Part shown: positions 19,935-30,515 of the stretch, piece after piece
How the letters are laid out: each line of letters opens with the position of its first letter
How positions within the stretch are numbered: position 1 is the stretch's first letter
DNA from: an uncultured Gammaproteobacteria bacterium
GTDB lineage: Bacteria > Patescibacteriota > Patescibacteriia > Magasanikbacterales > GWA2-37-8
Direction of reading: 5' to 3'
Assembly: GCA_964510885.1 (NCBI GenBank)
Contig: CAZEDL010000005.1
Span: forward strand, 16,053 to 80,052
DNA length: 64,000 nt
Made by a program: the position numbers and the translations under genes
The notes under the pieces: generated by a model
Told to the model about the DNA's origin: nothing
Databases searched by the model: none
The model's input: the letters and a program-made list of their open reading frames with translations, nothing else

Positions 19935-21665
19935 CTACTCCGTCACCCGGAATACCTCTTCCAGGGTCGTCAATTGTTTTAACGCCTTTAGCACCCCATC
20001 TTGCGCCATAGTTACCATGCCGTTTTTTACCGCCAATTCCTGAATGGCATACTCAGACACGGCAGTACTTAATATCACTTGTTCCATTTCTTTGGTCATG
20101 ACAAAAATTTCATAAATACCTACTCGACCCTTGTAGCCAAGGCCACTGCACACAGCGCATCCTTTGCCACGGTAAAACTGGAGATTGTTAAAATCAATTT
20201 TTTTCTTATCCACTTCTGGCAAACTATTAAGCAGCTCTGTCGCTCGAGCCACTATTTCCGGGCTCATAGCGGCCGGCTCCTTGCACTGTTCGCAAATCCG
20301 GCGCACCAGGCGCTGCCCGATTACAGAATTAAGCGACGGCGCCAACAAAAACGGCCTGACCCCCATTGATAAAAAACGAGGAATCGCCCCGGCTGCACTA
20401 TTAGTATGGATAGTTGACAACATCAAGTGCCCGGTCAGCGCCATTTGTATGGCCGTTTCGGCCGTTTCTAGATCACGGATTTCACCCACCATACAAATAT
20501 CAGGGTCCTGGCGCAAAATACTCTTTAAACCTTTTCCAAATGTATAATCATGACTATCATCCACCTGACTCTGATTGATTCCTTCCATTTTTATTTCTAC
20601 TGGATCTTCAAGCGTAATAATATTTACCCCCGGCTTATTAACGGCCCGTAAAATGGCATACAGTGTTGTAGTTTTACCAGATCCCGTCGGCCCGGTAGTA
20701 ATAATCATGCCGTTCGGACGAGTAATTTCATGTTTCAGCCGGTCGTAGCTGGTACCCTCAAGGCCGAGTTCATCAAATGTCACTCCTTTACTGCCGCTAT
20801 GCAAAATACGCATTACCACCGATTCGCCAAACGTCGTTGGCAGCGTGGACACGCGTACATCTAGATTTCCGCTCGACAAAGCAATCGTCACGCGCCCATC
20901 TTGCGGGCGGTCAGTCACATTTATTTTAAGCGCCGCGAGCAGTTTGATACGCGACACGAATCGCTTCCACTGATCTTTCGGCAACGTAGCCACATCATGC
21001 AGCACTCCATCAATGCGGTATCGCACCGCAATCCCCTTCTCTTCAGCCTCCACATGCATATCCGACGAATTCACTTTGAGTGCCGATCCCACCATCAGCG
21101 AGACAATGTCGGTAATCGATACATTTTTAAATTGTTCTTGTAAGCTGCCAAGGTTATCGACCGCCCCCGAGAACCGATTTAAATCTTCATCATTAATGAC
21201 TATATCCTTGGTCACCGGCTTCACAATCGGCAACGTAGCATATAATTTAAACACCCGCTCCAAACTATTCTCGGAAATCAGATACAGCCGGGCCTCGGCA
21301 TGAAAACGCTGCGACAATTCAGGCAAAAGCGCCTCGATTTCTGGGGTGCGATCGAGTGCCGCCACCCGGAGCTCTTCATTGCTATAAAAAAAACATACCG
21401 CTGACAAGGCTCTGGCCTGTGCTTCGGGAATCACTCGAAGCGCTTCAGCCGACACAGGAAACACCTTCAGATCAATATATGGGATACCATAGGCAGCCGC
21501 CGTATTGGCCGCTAGGTTTTCGCGCTCTTTTAATTGTATCGTTTTCATCTTTTCCGAAAACTTGCTTTCGGCACTATCAAGATCAGCTGGCTGAGGCGGC
21601 GCTGACTTTGCAGACGGAGCCGAACTTTTTCCAAGCAAATCATTGATCGACGGGAGATCAGACAT
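19935..21665 (-). CDS. pilB: type IV pilus / type II secretion assembly ATPase (PilB/GspE family)
   Basis: ...GPTGSGKTTTLYAILRAVN...ITLEDPVEI... with a C-terminal CxxC...CxxC. The first ATG of the ORF (21698) lies inside the repeat hairpin, so Met12 (MSDLPS) was chosen as the start. Confidence 0.85.
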   Translation of the reverse strand: MSDLPSINDLLGKSSAPSAKSAPPQPADLDSAESKFSEKMKTIQLKERENLAANTAAAYGIPYIDLKVFPVSAEALRVIPEAQARALSAVCFFYSNEELRVAALDRTPEIEALLPELSQRFHAEARLYLISENSLERVFKLYATLPIVKPVTKDIVINDEDLNRFSGAVDNLGSLQEQFKNVSITDIVSLMVGSALKVNSSDMHVEAEEKGIAVRYRIDGVLHDVATLPKDQWKRFVSRIKLLAALKINVTDRPQDGRVTIALSSGNLDVRVSTLPTTFGESVVMRILHSGSKGVTFDELGLEGTSYDRLKHEITRPNGMIITTGPTGSGKTTTLYAILRAVNKPGVNIITLEDPVEIKMEGINQSQVDDSHDYTFGKGLKSILRQDPDICMVGEIRDLETAETAIQMALTGHLMLSTIHTNSAAGAIPRFLSMGVRPFLLAPSLNSVIGQRLVRRICEQCKEPAAMSPEIVARATELLNSLPEVDKKKIDFNNLQFYRGKGCAVCSGLGYKGRVGIYEIFVMTKEMEQVILSTAVSEYAIQELAVKNGMVTMAQDGVLKALKQLTTLEEVFRVTE

Positions 21666-21692
21666 ACAAATACTATTCAAAAATCTCTTAGC

Positions 21693-21830
21693 TGTCATTC
21701 CTGACCAGGATCAGGAATTCATGACTTTAATTTTCAATTTATAATTTACAATTTTCAATTAATGAGTCCCGACCTAGTCGGGGCACCATCATTAAAAATT
21801 GATAATTGGAAATTGAAAATTTTAATTGCG
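21693..21830. repeat. hairpin tgtcattcctgaccaggatcaggaat plus caattttcaat palindromic element (copy 3)
   Basis: Same composite element as at 2868-2955, with an internal hairpin gtcccgacctagtcgggg. Confidence 0.5.
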
Positions 21831-21871
21831 AATTCCACCGAAGGGGGCCGGAATTAAAAAGGTGGGAAAAT

Positions 21872-22843
21872 CTAATTTCTCCTTACTACCCGCTCCAGCC
21901 AGTACCAGACGCGACTCTTCAAACCTTGGCGGTGCATCCGCATAAACAAAAACATCCAAGCACTAGTAGTAAAAGCATTAAACGCTGCCCCCGAACACAT
22001 AACCAGGAGCATGAATAAGAAAAAAGCGATCACAAATCCCACCGATAACAGGGCCGTATAACCCGTCAGTCCGGCCGTCAGCCAGAGCAGCATCGACGGC
22101 ACAACTACCACAAACGAACCGAGTACAAGCACCCCCACCAAGAGCGCATTACTGAGAAGAAGCAAAATGCTTAACTCTAGTGATACTAATAAATGCTCAT
22201 CAAGAAGCTGCACGCCCCGCCATAGCGAGGTAAAAAAAGGCTGTTCATATTCCACCAAATATCCTGTCGCATAAATTGTTACCGCCGATACCGCAAGCGC
22301 GAGGAGGGTCGCACCCCCAAGTATAATTACTACCGCTGAAAATCCCAAAAAGGTATCCGGACTAATCAAGCGGGTAAGCGATACTACACTGACCAGAATC
22401 GCTCCCAAAAATAATTTCTGCACAACATTCAAAGCGAGTAAGCGCCAAAAATGCCGGACTCCTTTGCGCCAAGCCTTGCGCAGATTCGGCTTAGTTTCAT
22501 TTTTAAAATAATCCGCCGCTGCCACAATGAGCGCCCCCTGCGACAGCACTGCGCCGACGAGCACAAACACACCAACCGCCAATAAAATCACGAGCACCCA
22601 GCTAAAGAGCAACGCATCGGCGGCCGTACCAATATGGATCACTGGCCAGCTAGCCGGCCAGCTCCACCACGGTGCCTCACTCACATCCGTAGCACCCCCG
22701 AGCGCCACAAGTTGCCCGATAAAATTATTAAGCCCAAACTGGCCGAGGACCAGCGACAACAACCCAAACACCCATAGCACTTTATTATGCCACACCAGGT
22801 GCCAGGCCTTAGAGAGAGCTTCGGTATAACGAGGTTCGCTCAT
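21872..22843 (-). CDS. hypothetical polytopic membrane protein
   Basis: 323 aa with at least 7 predicted TM segments and no confident family assignment. Confidence 0.5.
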   Translation of the reverse strand: MSEPRYTEALSKAWHLVWHNKVLWVFGLLSLVLGQFGLNNFIGQLVALGGATDVSEAPWWSWPASWPVIHIGTAADALLFSWVLVILLAVGVFVLVGAVLSQGALIVAAADYFKNETKPNLRKAWRKGVRHFWRLLALNVVQKLFLGAILVSVVSLTRLISPDTFLGFSAVVIILGGATLLALAVSAVTIYATGYLVEYEQPFFTSLWRGVQLLDEHLLVSLELSILLLLSNALLVGVLVLGSFVVVVPSMLLWLTAGLTGYTALLSVGFVIAFFLFMLLVMCSGAAFNAFTTSAWMFLFMRMHRQGLKSRVWYWLERVVRRN

Positions 22844-22958
22844 ATAAAAATAGTAAGATAATAATGCTTAGATAGTATACCACAAAATCGCTAGCGTCGC
22901 AGCAAAGCAGGATTTAAGCAAAAAAGTCGGATAATGCGTAGAAATGATTCAAATTAGA

Positions 22959-22987
22959 TTGACAAAAAGAGCAAAATGTGGTACAAT
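22959..22987 (+). promoter_or_regulatory. sigma70-like promoter TTGACA-17-TACAAT
   Basis: Near-consensus -35 and -10 elements, upstream of the small ORF at 23079. Confidence 0.45.
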
Positions 22988-23078
22988 TTTATATTGTTCT
23001 TTAAAAAACTCTTTTTGGCCAAGTTATAAGCTATTCTTCCCTAGAATTGTTTATAAAACTGGCCAAAAGGAGGCCGTT

Positions 23079-23246
23079 ATGAGCAACGAGACGCCTGCTG
23101 CCCACCCCTCTCCCACCCCATCTGCTGCCTCTTGTAAAGAGGTTGACCCAGTAGAAATCGAATTTGCTGGGTTCAACCACCGCATTTATGAGGCTGAAAA
23201 ATGGATCGCCGAACAACGAAAGCGAGAGCGACGCACTCGCCGCTAG
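23079..23246 (+). CDS. small hydrophilic protein (55 aa), GC-rich cassette
   Basis: Strong SD aaggagg 8 nt upstream of the ATG, followed by the hairpin tcggatcccgggtccatccgg plus a T-run. Pro/Ala-rich N-terminus and basic C-terminus. Confidence 0.5.
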   Translation: MSNETPAAHPSPTPSAASCKEVDPVEIEFAGFNHRIYEAEKWIAEQRKRERRTRR

Positions 23247-23465
23247 TCGGATCCCGGGTCCATCCGGCTTTTTTCAACCCGGCTCGCCACGCGAGCCAAG
23301 GAGGAAGAACTGGACCCACCTTCCCCTGATATTTAAAAATACTTTTAGATATCTAGGACAAAAAATCACCTATCTATGGGTGATTTTTTGTTAAGCAGCA
23401 AACAAAACCGAAAAAATAATTTGACAAACTAGTCGAAAATTGAGAAAAATCTAATGGAGGCAATC

Positions 23466-23660
23466 ATGAATAAAATCTTGAATACGCTACAGGTACTAGG
23501 ACTACTCGTGGTCCTAGTGATGGCAGGGTTCACCCTTGCCTGGATGGTTAAGGTTTGCCTGCAAACCAGGCGTGCCAGCCAGGAGCTCCAAGAAAAATGC
23601 ACGTTCCGATGGAACGAAGGACGGGGCCACACCGGCCAATTTTGTGGGCCGACCCGATGA
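23466..23660 (+). CDS. small membrane peptide (64 aa) with a Cys-containing C-terminal tail
   Basis: SD ggagg upstream of ATG 23466, one TM segment LQVLGLLVVLVMAGFTLAWMV, followed by a perfect hairpin terminator. Confidence 0.45.
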   Translation: MNKILNTLQVLGLLVVLVMAGFTLAWMVKVCLQTRRASQELQEKCTFRWNEGRGHTGQFCGPTR

Positions 23661-23678
23661 GACTTCAAGATAAAAAAA

Positions 23679-23707
23679 CCGCGGGAAACGAACTTCGTTT
23701 CCCGCGG
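23679..23707. terminator. bidirectional terminator (perfect 14 bp inverted repeat)
   Basis: ccgcgggaaacgaa / ttcgtttcccgcgg, lying between the small ORF (+) and the ftsH stop (-). Confidence 0.65.
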
Positions 23708-23722
23708 TAGATGCCTTTAAAT

Positions 23723-25594
23723 TTACCCATTTTCACCAGTCTGCGCCGACGGCCCGAGCACTGCCACAATCTCTTCTTGCTCGACTGTTTCCTTTTCGAG
23801 CAAGACTTTCACGAGCGCTTCCACTTTATTGCGATGAGTAGTTAGCACTTCGCGAGCGCGCATCTCGGCATCACCAATCAATTTTCTAATTTCCTGATCG
23901 ATGATCTCTGCCGTCTTATCACTATAATCGCGCTCTTCATGAATCTCGCGGCCCAGGAATACCATTTCTTCTCGCTCGCCAAAAGTCCGCGGGCCAAGCT
24001 CTTCACTCATACCGTAACTCATCACCATGCTGCGCGCCAGTTTAGTGGCATTACGCAAATCACTTGATGGGCCGGTGGATAAGTGATCATTACCATAAAT
24101 CATTTTTTCAATCACATAGCCGCCAAGCGCCATCGCCATATCATCCCGGAATTGCGCCAGCGTATGATAATGTTTGTCTTCATTCGGCATCTTGAGCGTA
24201 TAGCCGCCGGCCGAGCCGCGCGAAATAATCGATACCTTGCGCACCGGATCGCAGTGTTTGAGGAGATGTCCCACCACCGCATGCCCGGCTTCATGGTACG
24301 CTGTCATTTTTTTATCGCGATCGGAAATAACGCGACTCTTGCGCTCTGGCCCAAGAAGCACTTTTTCAATACTCGGCAAAATTTCTTTTTCACTGATCTG
24401 CTTCAAACCGCGACGCACGGTGAGAATCGCCGCTTCATTCAAAATATTAGCGAGGTCTGCACCCGAAAATCCGGGCGTGCGCTCGGCAATCTTGCGCAGC
24501 GATACATCCGAGGACAACGGCTTACCTTTGGCATGAATGCCCAAAATTTCTTCGCGATCTTTAATATCTGGTAAATCAATTGTCACCCGGCGGTCAAACC
24601 GGCCAGGGCGAAGGAGTGCCGGATCAAGTACATCCGGGCGGTTGGTAGCTGCCATCACAATCACGCCGAGATTCGGTTCAAATCCGTCCATTTCTACGAG
24701 AATCTGGTTGAGGGTTTGTTCGCGTTCATCATGCCCACCCCCAAGCCCAGCGCCACGGCGCCGACCCACCGCATCAATTTCATCCACGAATACAATAGCT
24801 GGCGCCGCTTTTTTGGCTTTGCCAAACAAATCGCGGACGCGGCTAGCACCGACACCCACAAACATTTCCACAAATTCCGAACCGCTCATATGGAAAAACG
24901 GTGCCCCAGCTTCGCCGGCTACCGCTTTGGCGAGGAGTGTCTTACCCGTACCCGGAGATCCGGTAAGCAGCACGCCTTTCGGAATCTTGGCCCCAAGTTC
25001 GGCAAATTTTTTCGGATCTTTGAGGAAGTCTACGATCTCGGCCAATTCTTCTTTGGCTTCTTTGGCCCCGGCCACATCGACAAACGTTTTCTTTTCTTTG
25101 TCATCAGCTTTCACTTCACGCGGATTGCTCTGGCCAAAATTCATCGCGCGATTATTCATCCCCTGCGCGCCGCGCATCATGAAAAACAAAAATGCCAACA
25201 GGATCGCAATCGGAGCGAGCTGGATCAAAATATTACTCAGCCAAAATTTCCAGGAGCTTTCATCTTTATTCACAATCGCATCATCGGCACGCAAGGCTTT
25301 CAAAGCTTCGTCGCTCACCTGATAATTCTGGATAATATCGCCAAACGTCTCCCGCGGATCTTTCTTCACTTCTTGGGCCTTGGCCGCCGCATCTTTCAAT
25401 TCTACGGTAATAAGTTCCGGCTGCACGGTCACTTTTTTCACCAGGCCGAGATTGATTTCATCTACCATTTTCCCCACCCCGATCATCTCTGGTTTCTTGT
25501 CGCTGCTCCAGTTGAAGCGGCTCAAGATTCCAACCAGCACTAAAATGACCACGAAGATAATCAAAAAATTTTTGAACAGGTCTTTCATACACAA
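23723..25594 (-). CDS. ftsH: ATP-dependent zinc metalloprotease FtsH
   Basis: AAA+ Walker [20 protein letters not shown], second region of homology, and the HEAGHAVV zinc motif. Confidence 0.92.
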   Translation of the reverse strand: MCMKDLFKNFLIIFVVILVLVGILSRFNWSSDKKPEMIGVGKMVDEINLGLVKKVTVQPELITVELKDAAAKAQEVKKDPRETFGDIIQNYQVSDEALKALRADDAIVNKDESSWKFWLSNILIQLAPIAILLAFLFFMMRGAQGMNNRAMNFGQSNPREVKADDKEKKTFVDVAGAKEAKEELAEIVDFLKDPKKFAELGAKIPKGVLLTGSPGTGKTLLAKAVAGEAGAPFFHMSGSEFVEMFVGVGASRVRDLFGKAKKAAPAIVFVDEIDAVGRRRGAGLGGGHDEREQTLNQILVEMDGFEPNLGVIVMAATNRPDVLDPALLRPGRFDRRVTIDLPDIKDREEILGIHAKGKPLSSDVSLRKIAERTPGFSGADLANILNEAAILTVRRGLKQISEKEILPSIEKVLLGPERKSRVISDRDKKMTAYHEAGHAVVGHLLKHCDPVRKVSIISRGSAGGYTLKMPNEDKHYHTLAQFRDDMAMALGGYVIEKMIYGNDHLSTGPSSDLRNATKLARSMVMSYGMSEELGPRTFGEREEMVFLGREIHEERDYSDKTAEIIDQEIRKLIGDAEMRAREVLTTHRNKVEALVKVLLEKETVEQEEIVAVLGPSAQTGENG

Positions 25595-25714
25595 TTGTTA
25601 AATTGCTAAATTGTTACATTGCTAAATTGCTTTACAACAACAATTTAACAGGCGAGCCTGCGAGCCAACAATCTAACAATTTTAAGTAACAACCTGATTA
25701 TTCAGGTGAAGATA

Positions 25715-26878
25715 TTATTTGCTGGAAGCAGGAGAAGTCGGCTCAGTTTTTTTATCCGTCATCTGTTGGCGTCGTCCGCTCTTGCCTTTCACACCAGCCA
25801 CTTTGAGGCCAAGGCGATGTTCCGCCGGCTCTACCGACATTACTTCAAATGAGAGCTCTTGACCAATCTTGAATTTGTCATGCAAATTCGCCACCGGTTC
25901 GTCGGATAATTCGGAGATATGAGCTAAGCCATGAATATCTTTATCAAGGCCAACCATGAGGCCAAACGCTTCGATCTTCAATACTTTACCAGTCACCTGG
26001 TCGCCCACTTTATAGCGGTCTTTCACGCTCTTCCATGGATCTTCGATCAAGCGTTTAACCGAGAGGTAAATTTTAGAATGATCAAGCTGGATGATTTGGG
26101 CTTTCACCTTATCACCCACTTTCAGCACATCTTTCGGATGATCAATACGCTGCCAGGCAATTTCAGAAATATGGATAAGACCTTCCAAACCTTCGCCGAA
26201 TTTGAGGAAGGCACCAAAGGTCGTAAGCGCGCTAATTTCACCGCTCACAATATCAGCCACCTTGTATGATTCCAGCACCGCTTTCTGAGAATCTTCCCAC
26301 ACCGCGCGTTCAGATACGATCAATTTTTCTTCTTTTTCATCCACATCAATCACTTTCACTTCCAAATCCTGACCAATCACTTCGCGGAGTTTTTCAAGAA
26401 TACGATTTTTATCGCCGCCAGCTACACGCGGATAATGCTCTGGCGAGAGCTGCGATACCGGCATAAATCCAGCCAACGCCGCCACCTGCATCATAAGGCC
26501 GCCTTTGTTGGCCGAGACCACTTTAGCTTTCACTGTCAGGCCGTCTTTCATCCAGGCGCGCATCGTGTCCCAAGCGCGTTTATACCCGGCGATGCGGAAC
26601 GACAATTCCATTTCGCAGTTTTCGTTTTCGAGTTCAACCACTGTGGCTTCCACTTCGTCACCCACCGTGAGGTGCGCATATTCTTGCGATTCCGCAAATA
26701 ATTCGCGGCCACGAACCACACCGGTGGTCATGCCTTCCACATCAATATGCACTTCACCGCGATCGACAGAGAGTACTTTGCCTTTCACTACCGCTCCCAC
26801 TTTCGGGATTTCGGTAAAATTAGTCTGCAAGAGTGTTTTAAAATCCTGCTTTTTTGCTCCTTTGGTTGCGTCGGTCAT
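25715..26878 (-). CDS. rpsA: 30S ribosomal protein S1 (four S1 domains)
   Basis: Repeated S1 RNA-binding domains. The start was chosen at MTDATKGAKKQDF (26878) rather than the upstream ORF start. Confidence 0.85.
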   Translation of the reverse strand: MTDATKGAKKQDFKTLLQTNFTEIPKVGAVVKGKVLSVDRGEVHIDVEGMTTGVVRGRELFAESQEYAHLTVGDEVEATVVELENENCEMELSFRIAGYKRAWDTMRAWMKDGLTVKAKVVSANKGGLMMQVAALAGFMPVSQLSPEHYPRVAGGDKNRILEKLREVIGQDLEVKVIDVDEKEEKLIVSERAVWEDSQKAVLESYKVADIVSGEISALTTFGAFLKFGEGLEGLIHISEIAWQRIDHPKDVLKVGDKVKAQIIQLDHSKIYLSVKRLIEDPWKSVKDRYKVGDQVTGKVLKIEAFGLMVGLDKDIHGLAHISELSDEPVANLHDKFKIGQELSFEVMSVEPAEHRLGLKVAGVKGKSGRRQQMTDKKTEPTSPASSK

Positions 26879-27180
26879 AAAATATGGTTCATATTTACTT
26901 CGCTCGCTCGGAAAAACGTATAAATACATGTTTCGCCTGCTTCGCTTGTAAATAAAAAAAACCGTGCTTAACCCGTCCGTTGGCCGCCTAAGGCGGGTAG
27001 GATCGAGGGCCTACCTTTAAGGTGGTAGGCATTAGTAATACAATGAATGTAGGTAAAATCTAACAAAAAAATTAAAAACTGTCAATGGCCATAGGGAAGC
27101 CCTAAAAAAGTTGACAATCTAGCTAAGAAAATGTATTTTCTCCTAACCCAGGAAGACCTGGGATACATAAAGGAGAAAAC

Positions 27181-27372
27181 ATGACCCCGACCCGTACCCA
27201 GAAGACCCCAGCCTGGATCCTGGCGATCCTGCTTGGTCTCGGCGTCAGCACCCCGTCGCTAGCCCAAAGCCCCGCCCAAGACAGGGCGGCCCAGAAGGCC
27301 CAGGAGAAACAGCAGAAAGAAACGGACAAGAAGAACAAGGGCGCCAGCAAGCAGAAGAGCGAGACGAAGTAG
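27181..27372 (+). CDS. small secreted Lys/Gln-rich peptide (63 aa), GC-rich
   Basis: SD aaggag, signal peptide ending ...SLAQSP, paralogous to the peptide at 27949-28143, own hairpin terminator at 27424-27455. Confidence 0.55.
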   Translation: MTPTRTQKTPAWILAILLGLGVSTPSLAQSPAQDRAAQKAQEKQQKETDKKNKGASKQKSETK

Positions 27373-27526
27373 ACTGCCACCGGCAGCCTACGGGGCACTT
27401 CGGCTCTGGTCGGGGATGCTCTAAAACAGCTCTGTTATTTCAGAGCTGTTTTTTGTTTTAATTAAATTTGACAAAAATACCAAAATAGTCTAGTTTTGCA
27501 GTGCCCAAACGGGCAAGGAGGACACC

Positions 27527-27667
27527 ATGAAGCGCTACATCGCAGCACTCTTGATCGGCATCGGCGGCCTACTGGCCGCGTGCAGCTCGGACGCCGGCAC
27601 CGGCGAGGAGGTCTGTGGCAAGGGAGAGCATCCGTGCGGCACCAAGTGCTGCAAGGACAAGAAGTAG
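27527..27667 (+). CDS. small Cys-rich lipoprotein peptide (46 aa)
   Basis: SD aaggagg, signal peptide with lipobox LLAAC, then CGKGEHPCGTKCCKDKK. Terminator at 27747-27776. Below the ORF-track length cutoff. Confidence 0.45.
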   Translation: MKRYIAALLIGIGGLLAACSSDAGTGEEVCGKGEHPCGTKCCKDKK

Positions 27668-27948
27668 GCGCCCACCATCTCAAACTCGGGAATGAACACC
27701 AAAAACCCCAACCGGCTCACAGCCTCGTTCATTCCTCCCGCTCTAAAATAGTTCTGAATGCAGGACTATTTTTTGTTTATCAACGAGCAAACTTAATTAA
27801 TAATAAAATGAAGAAACCAATTATCAAACAAGAAACTACCAATCTAATAAAAACAATGTGAGGGGTGAACGCAGCTGTGAAGGCGCGGCATCTGACACCT
27901 GTAGTTGTTTGTAAACATTGTTCACCTCGAACGCAGACCCCTATGAGC

Positions 27949-28143
27949 CTAATTGGCCTTTTGGCCCTGGCCTTGGCCTTTGCCCTGGCCTTGGCCTTGG
28001 CCACCAGTCGCGGGCTTCGACTTCTGCTGTTTCGCGTAATCGGCGTCCTTACGATCCTGTCTACCATCTGCTGCCGGCTGCGCCAAGACAGATGCCGGCG
28101 CAAACAACATCAAAGCCACTATAAGACCCAGCAACTTCGACAT
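27949..28143 (-). CDS. small secreted peptide with GQGQGK repeats (64 aa), GC-rich
   Basis: SD aaggaggtg 7 nt upstream, signal peptide ...SVLAQPAADG. Homologous to the peptide at 27181-27372 in the stretch LAQ-x-A-x-D-R...KQQK. Confidence 0.55.
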   Translation of the reverse strand: MSKLLGLIVALMLFAPASVLAQPAADGRQDRKDADYAKQQKSKPATGGQGQGQGKGQGQGQKAN

Positions 28144-28416
28144 GATTCACCTCCTTATGTTACCACCACGGTCGCACGTAGCGGCTATGCCTTTCAAGAA
28201 ACTTTTGATCCCTTCTCGCAAAAATTTTGACCCCTAGATCCTGTCTTTACGACCGGACTAGAATCTTTGCGAGCCACCTTTTGCCTCGTGCCTGAAACGC
28301 AACGCTTCAGTAATGCCCACGAGCAGCGACACACTGCAGACGCTACTAAATAAAGAAAAAAAGATCAAGTATACAAACACGAAACTCACACCCGTCACAT
28401 CGACGAACGAACGCCG

Positions 28417-30000
28417 ATGTTCTATACTATAGCTAGCAACTATATGTCTGTTACTTTTATTAAAAACCGCCTCCCGCTCATAGCACTCCTTCTCTGGTAC
28501 AGCTTTTTTCTATTCCACAGCACCGACCTCACCCAAGGCGACCTCGGGAGACACCTCAAAAACGGAGACATTATTGTCACCGCCCTAAAATCTGCCGATT
28601 TTTCTACGCTTTCCGGCATTCTGCATACCAATTTCTACGCCTACACCGAACCAAGCTTCCCGTTTATCAATCATCATTGGGGCAGCGGGGTCATCTTCTT
28701 CTTAATTTTCTCTATCGGCAGCTTTCCGCTCCTCAGCCTGTTTTTCGCCCTCCTTAGCCTCAGTACTTTCTACTTCTTCTGGTCCCTTGGTAAAAAGTAC
28801 GGCGGCACCTGGCTCGCCAGCCTCTTGGCAGTATTTTTAATTCCGCTGATTGCCGAACGGGTGCAAGTGCGACCGGAGGTCTTCAGCTATTTCTTCATGG
28901 GGCTGTACCTAGTGTTACTCACCCGCTATCGCGAAGGCACAATGAAGACATCGTATCTTTGGCTTCTGCTTCCACTGCAAATCCTGTGGATCAACCTGCA
29001 CATCTATTTCTTTTTTGGCTACATCCTGGTCGCATTATTCTGGCTCGAAGAACTGTTGACTGCCCGGCGGCGGCGCGAATTGATCCACCTCGGCCTAGTT
29101 ACCCTGCTGTTATTCGGAGTGAGCATTATTAACCCCTCTGGCATCGCCGGCCTGCTATTCCCCTTCCGAATCTTTGACAACTACCCCTTTCAAATCCAAG
29201 AAAATCAATCGGCCTTTAACTTTAGCCGGGTTTTTCCGTGGTATCCGAATGTCATTAATTTCAAAATCGCCTTCGGCCTCATGGCAGCCTCTGCCATTGC
29301 GGCACTGATTAAAAAACCAAGCGTCTACAAACAAGCACTAGTGCTATTTGCCGGCGGCACCTGCTTGATGGCCCTACTTGCTGTGCGCAACTGGTCTATT
29401 TTTGCCCTGGCCGCTCTTGCAGGCTGGCCACTCTTAGCAAGCACGTTTATTCGTATTGATTCTGCACGGCATCGCACTCGCCTGATCGCTGTCGGAATTA
29501 TTATTCTCATAGCCACATTGATTATCAATCGGATTCGCCTCCCGGTCAGCGCTAGTGAGCTAGGGTTCATCGCCACCAAGCACTCACTCGATGCGGCCAA
29601 CTTTGTACAAGCCCACCCGCTCTCGGCCCCCTTATTTAACGACTTTAATGTGGGCGGCTATGCCACGTGGGCTGCCTTCCCGCGCCTCAGGCCATTTGTA
29701 GATAATCGCCCCGAAGCCTACTCCCAAAATTTCTTTGCTCACACATACATCCCCGTGCAACACGATGAAGCCGCCTGGAAAAAACTCGACGACAGCTACC
29801 ACTTCAACACCATTTGGTATTCATTTTCGAACAGCGACTCCCTACCCTTTATTTTGAATCGCCTAAATGATCCAGCCTGGGCCCCGGTCTTTGCCGATAC
29901 GTTCTCGATTATATTTCTAAAACGGAACGCTACTAACGAAGCTCTTATCAAACAATACGAAATGCCACCGAGCAGCTTTCGCCTCGAACCAAATAACTAG
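28417..30000 (+). CDS. large polytopic membrane protein, possibly a GT-C-type glycosyltransferase
   Basis: About 12 TM segments with a large loop. The family call is weak. Confidence 0.55.
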   Translation: MFYTIASNYMSVTFIKNRLPLIALLLWYSFFLFHSTDLTQGDLGRHLKNGDIIVTALKSADFSTLSGILHTNFYAYTEPSFPFINHHWGSGVIFFLIFSIGSFPLLSLFFALLSLSTFYFFWSLGKKYGGTWLASLLAVFLIPLIAERVQVRPEVFSYFFMGLYLVLLTRYREGTMKTSYLWLLLPLQILWINLHIYFFFGYILVALFWLEELLTARRRRELIHLGLVTLLLFGVSIINPSGIAGLLFPFRIFDNYPFQIQENQSAFNFSRVFPWYPNVINFKIAFGLMAASAIAALIKKPSVYKQALVLFAGGTCLMALLAVRNWSIFALAALAGWPLLASTFIRIDSARHRTRLIAVGIIILIATLIINRIRLPVSASELGFIATKHSLDAANFVQAHPLSAPLFNDFNVGGYATWAAFPRLRPFVDNRPEAYSQNFFAHTYIPVQHDEAAWKKLDDSYHFNTIWYSFSNSDSLPFILNRLNDPAWAPVFADTFSIIFLKRNATNEALIKQYEMPPSSFRLEPNN

Positions 30001-30002
30001 TC

Positions 30003-30340
30003 TGTCATTCTGAGCGGCAGCGAACCCCGAAGAGGTCCCTTAGGGGCTGTGAATTACGAAATCCACCTGTCATCCTGAACGAACGTGAAGGATCTCTGTC
30101 CAATTGGCCACTATACCGACCGACAGAGATTCTTCGTTGCACTCAGAATGACAAAATTGGTAGTTTCGTAATTCACAGCTTAGGGGGAATCCCTCTCGCT
30201 ATCCGTCATTAGGGGATCCTTCGTTTCACTCAGAGCCTGCCCTGAGGTGTCGCAGCCGAACGGGATGACAGGGCGGATGGTTATGTGGTAAATGGATACA
30301 CGTGGATTCCTGATCCTGGTCAGGAATGACAGAAGTTGTT
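30003..30340. repeat. cluster of about 6 short palindromic repeat units (tgtcattctgagYGcaRcgaagaatc family and one tgtcattcctgaccaggatcaggaat unit) in both orientations
   Basis: Units are at about 30003, 30068, 30120 (reverse complement), 30190 (reverse complement), 30260 (partial) and 30306 (reverse complement of the F2 hairpin), followed by the hairpin terminator aaattcacccgtttaaagggtgaatttt. Confidence 0.5.
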
Positions 30341-30405
30341 TTTGACATGAGTACAAAATAAAATTCACCCGTTTAAAGGGTGAATTTTATTTTTTCTCTC
30401 TAAGA

Positions 30406-30475
30406 TTATGATCGTCCTACTTATGTATTGAACACTATTCAGTACATAAGTAGTGAGGACGATCAGGTGATCTTC
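30406..30475. promoter_or_regulatory. long imperfect palindrome with ACTTATGTA...TACATAAGT arms
   Basis: gatcgtcctacttatgtattgaacactattcagtacataagtagtgaggacgatc. The arms match the operator-like palindrome at 38656-38673. Confidence 0.35.
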
Positions 30476-30515
30476 GCCACTACGGTTGGGTGGTGGCGCG
30501 AGCTGCGCCGAGAGG

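Noticed and set aside
24083-25601. Antisense and overlapping ORFs inside ftsH (for example 24537-25322 and 24716-25543 on the + strand)
   Set aside because: Same reasoning. The ftsH reading frame is unambiguous.
30003-30340. Possible CRISPR array
   Set aside because: Repeat units are in mixed orientation, are degenerate, and lack regular unique spacers. No cas genes were seen.
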